NCBI GenBank assembly: GCA_030390025.1
Contig: JASTWF010000033.1
Location: 186,001-248,000, forward strand
From: Squalus acanthias
Lineage: Eukaryota
Length of the DNA stretch: 62,000 nt
Direction of reading: 5' to 3'
The notes beneath the pieces are model-generated. The model ran no database searches and was not told the origin of the DNA. It worked only from the letters and a program-made list of their open reading frames with translations. The position numbers were made by a program, and so were the translations under genes. Shown here in pieces: positions 61,821 through 62,000 of the stretch; position 1 is the stretch's first letter, and every line of letters begins with the position of its first letter.

Positions 61821-62000
61821 TTACCCTATAATGTATTAGAAGTGAAACGTGATTGATTATTTGCAAAGATCGGCTCAGTGAAGCCAATAAGAAAATATTG
61901 AGAGGAAAAAGATCAAGTGAACCACCTCGGAAATGGAATGGACTTTGAGATAATCGACTTTCAAAGTCAGGAGGATGACCCAGGCCTGACGCTGCTGAAG

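Overview
Eukaryotic, gene-poor, repeat-dominated window. It is most likely from a cartilaginous fish (shark/ray); this is inferred from the style of the C2H2-ZNF genes, the CR1 LINEs and the Deu-domain SINEs, not proven. From left to right: (i) the 5' part of a young CR1-clade LINE on the minus strand (5' UTR, intact esterase-type ORF1, start of ORF2 running off the window edge); (ii) a TATA-less CpG-rich promoter with a splice donor, a TE-filled intron and two tandem 5-finger C2H2 zinc-finger exons (one apparently start-less, one open); (iii) a ~28 kb array of a 67-bp satellite with block duplications, interrupted by a 5'-truncated but ORF-intact copy of the same CR1 family; (iv) a ~9 kb array of a 37-bp satellite; (v) ~15 kb of nested, decayed CR1 fragments, SINEs, PIF/Harbinger-type MITEs and small minisatellites. 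I found no prokaryotic-type system and cannot establish a novel system. The best leads are a U_UUA_AAC -1 frameshift heptamer at the CR1 ORF1/ORF2 junction, a kink-turn-like fold in every 67-bp monomer, a possible ZNF/satellite binding match, and a tandemly amplified LINE 3' end. Identities and copy numbers are by-eye estimates.
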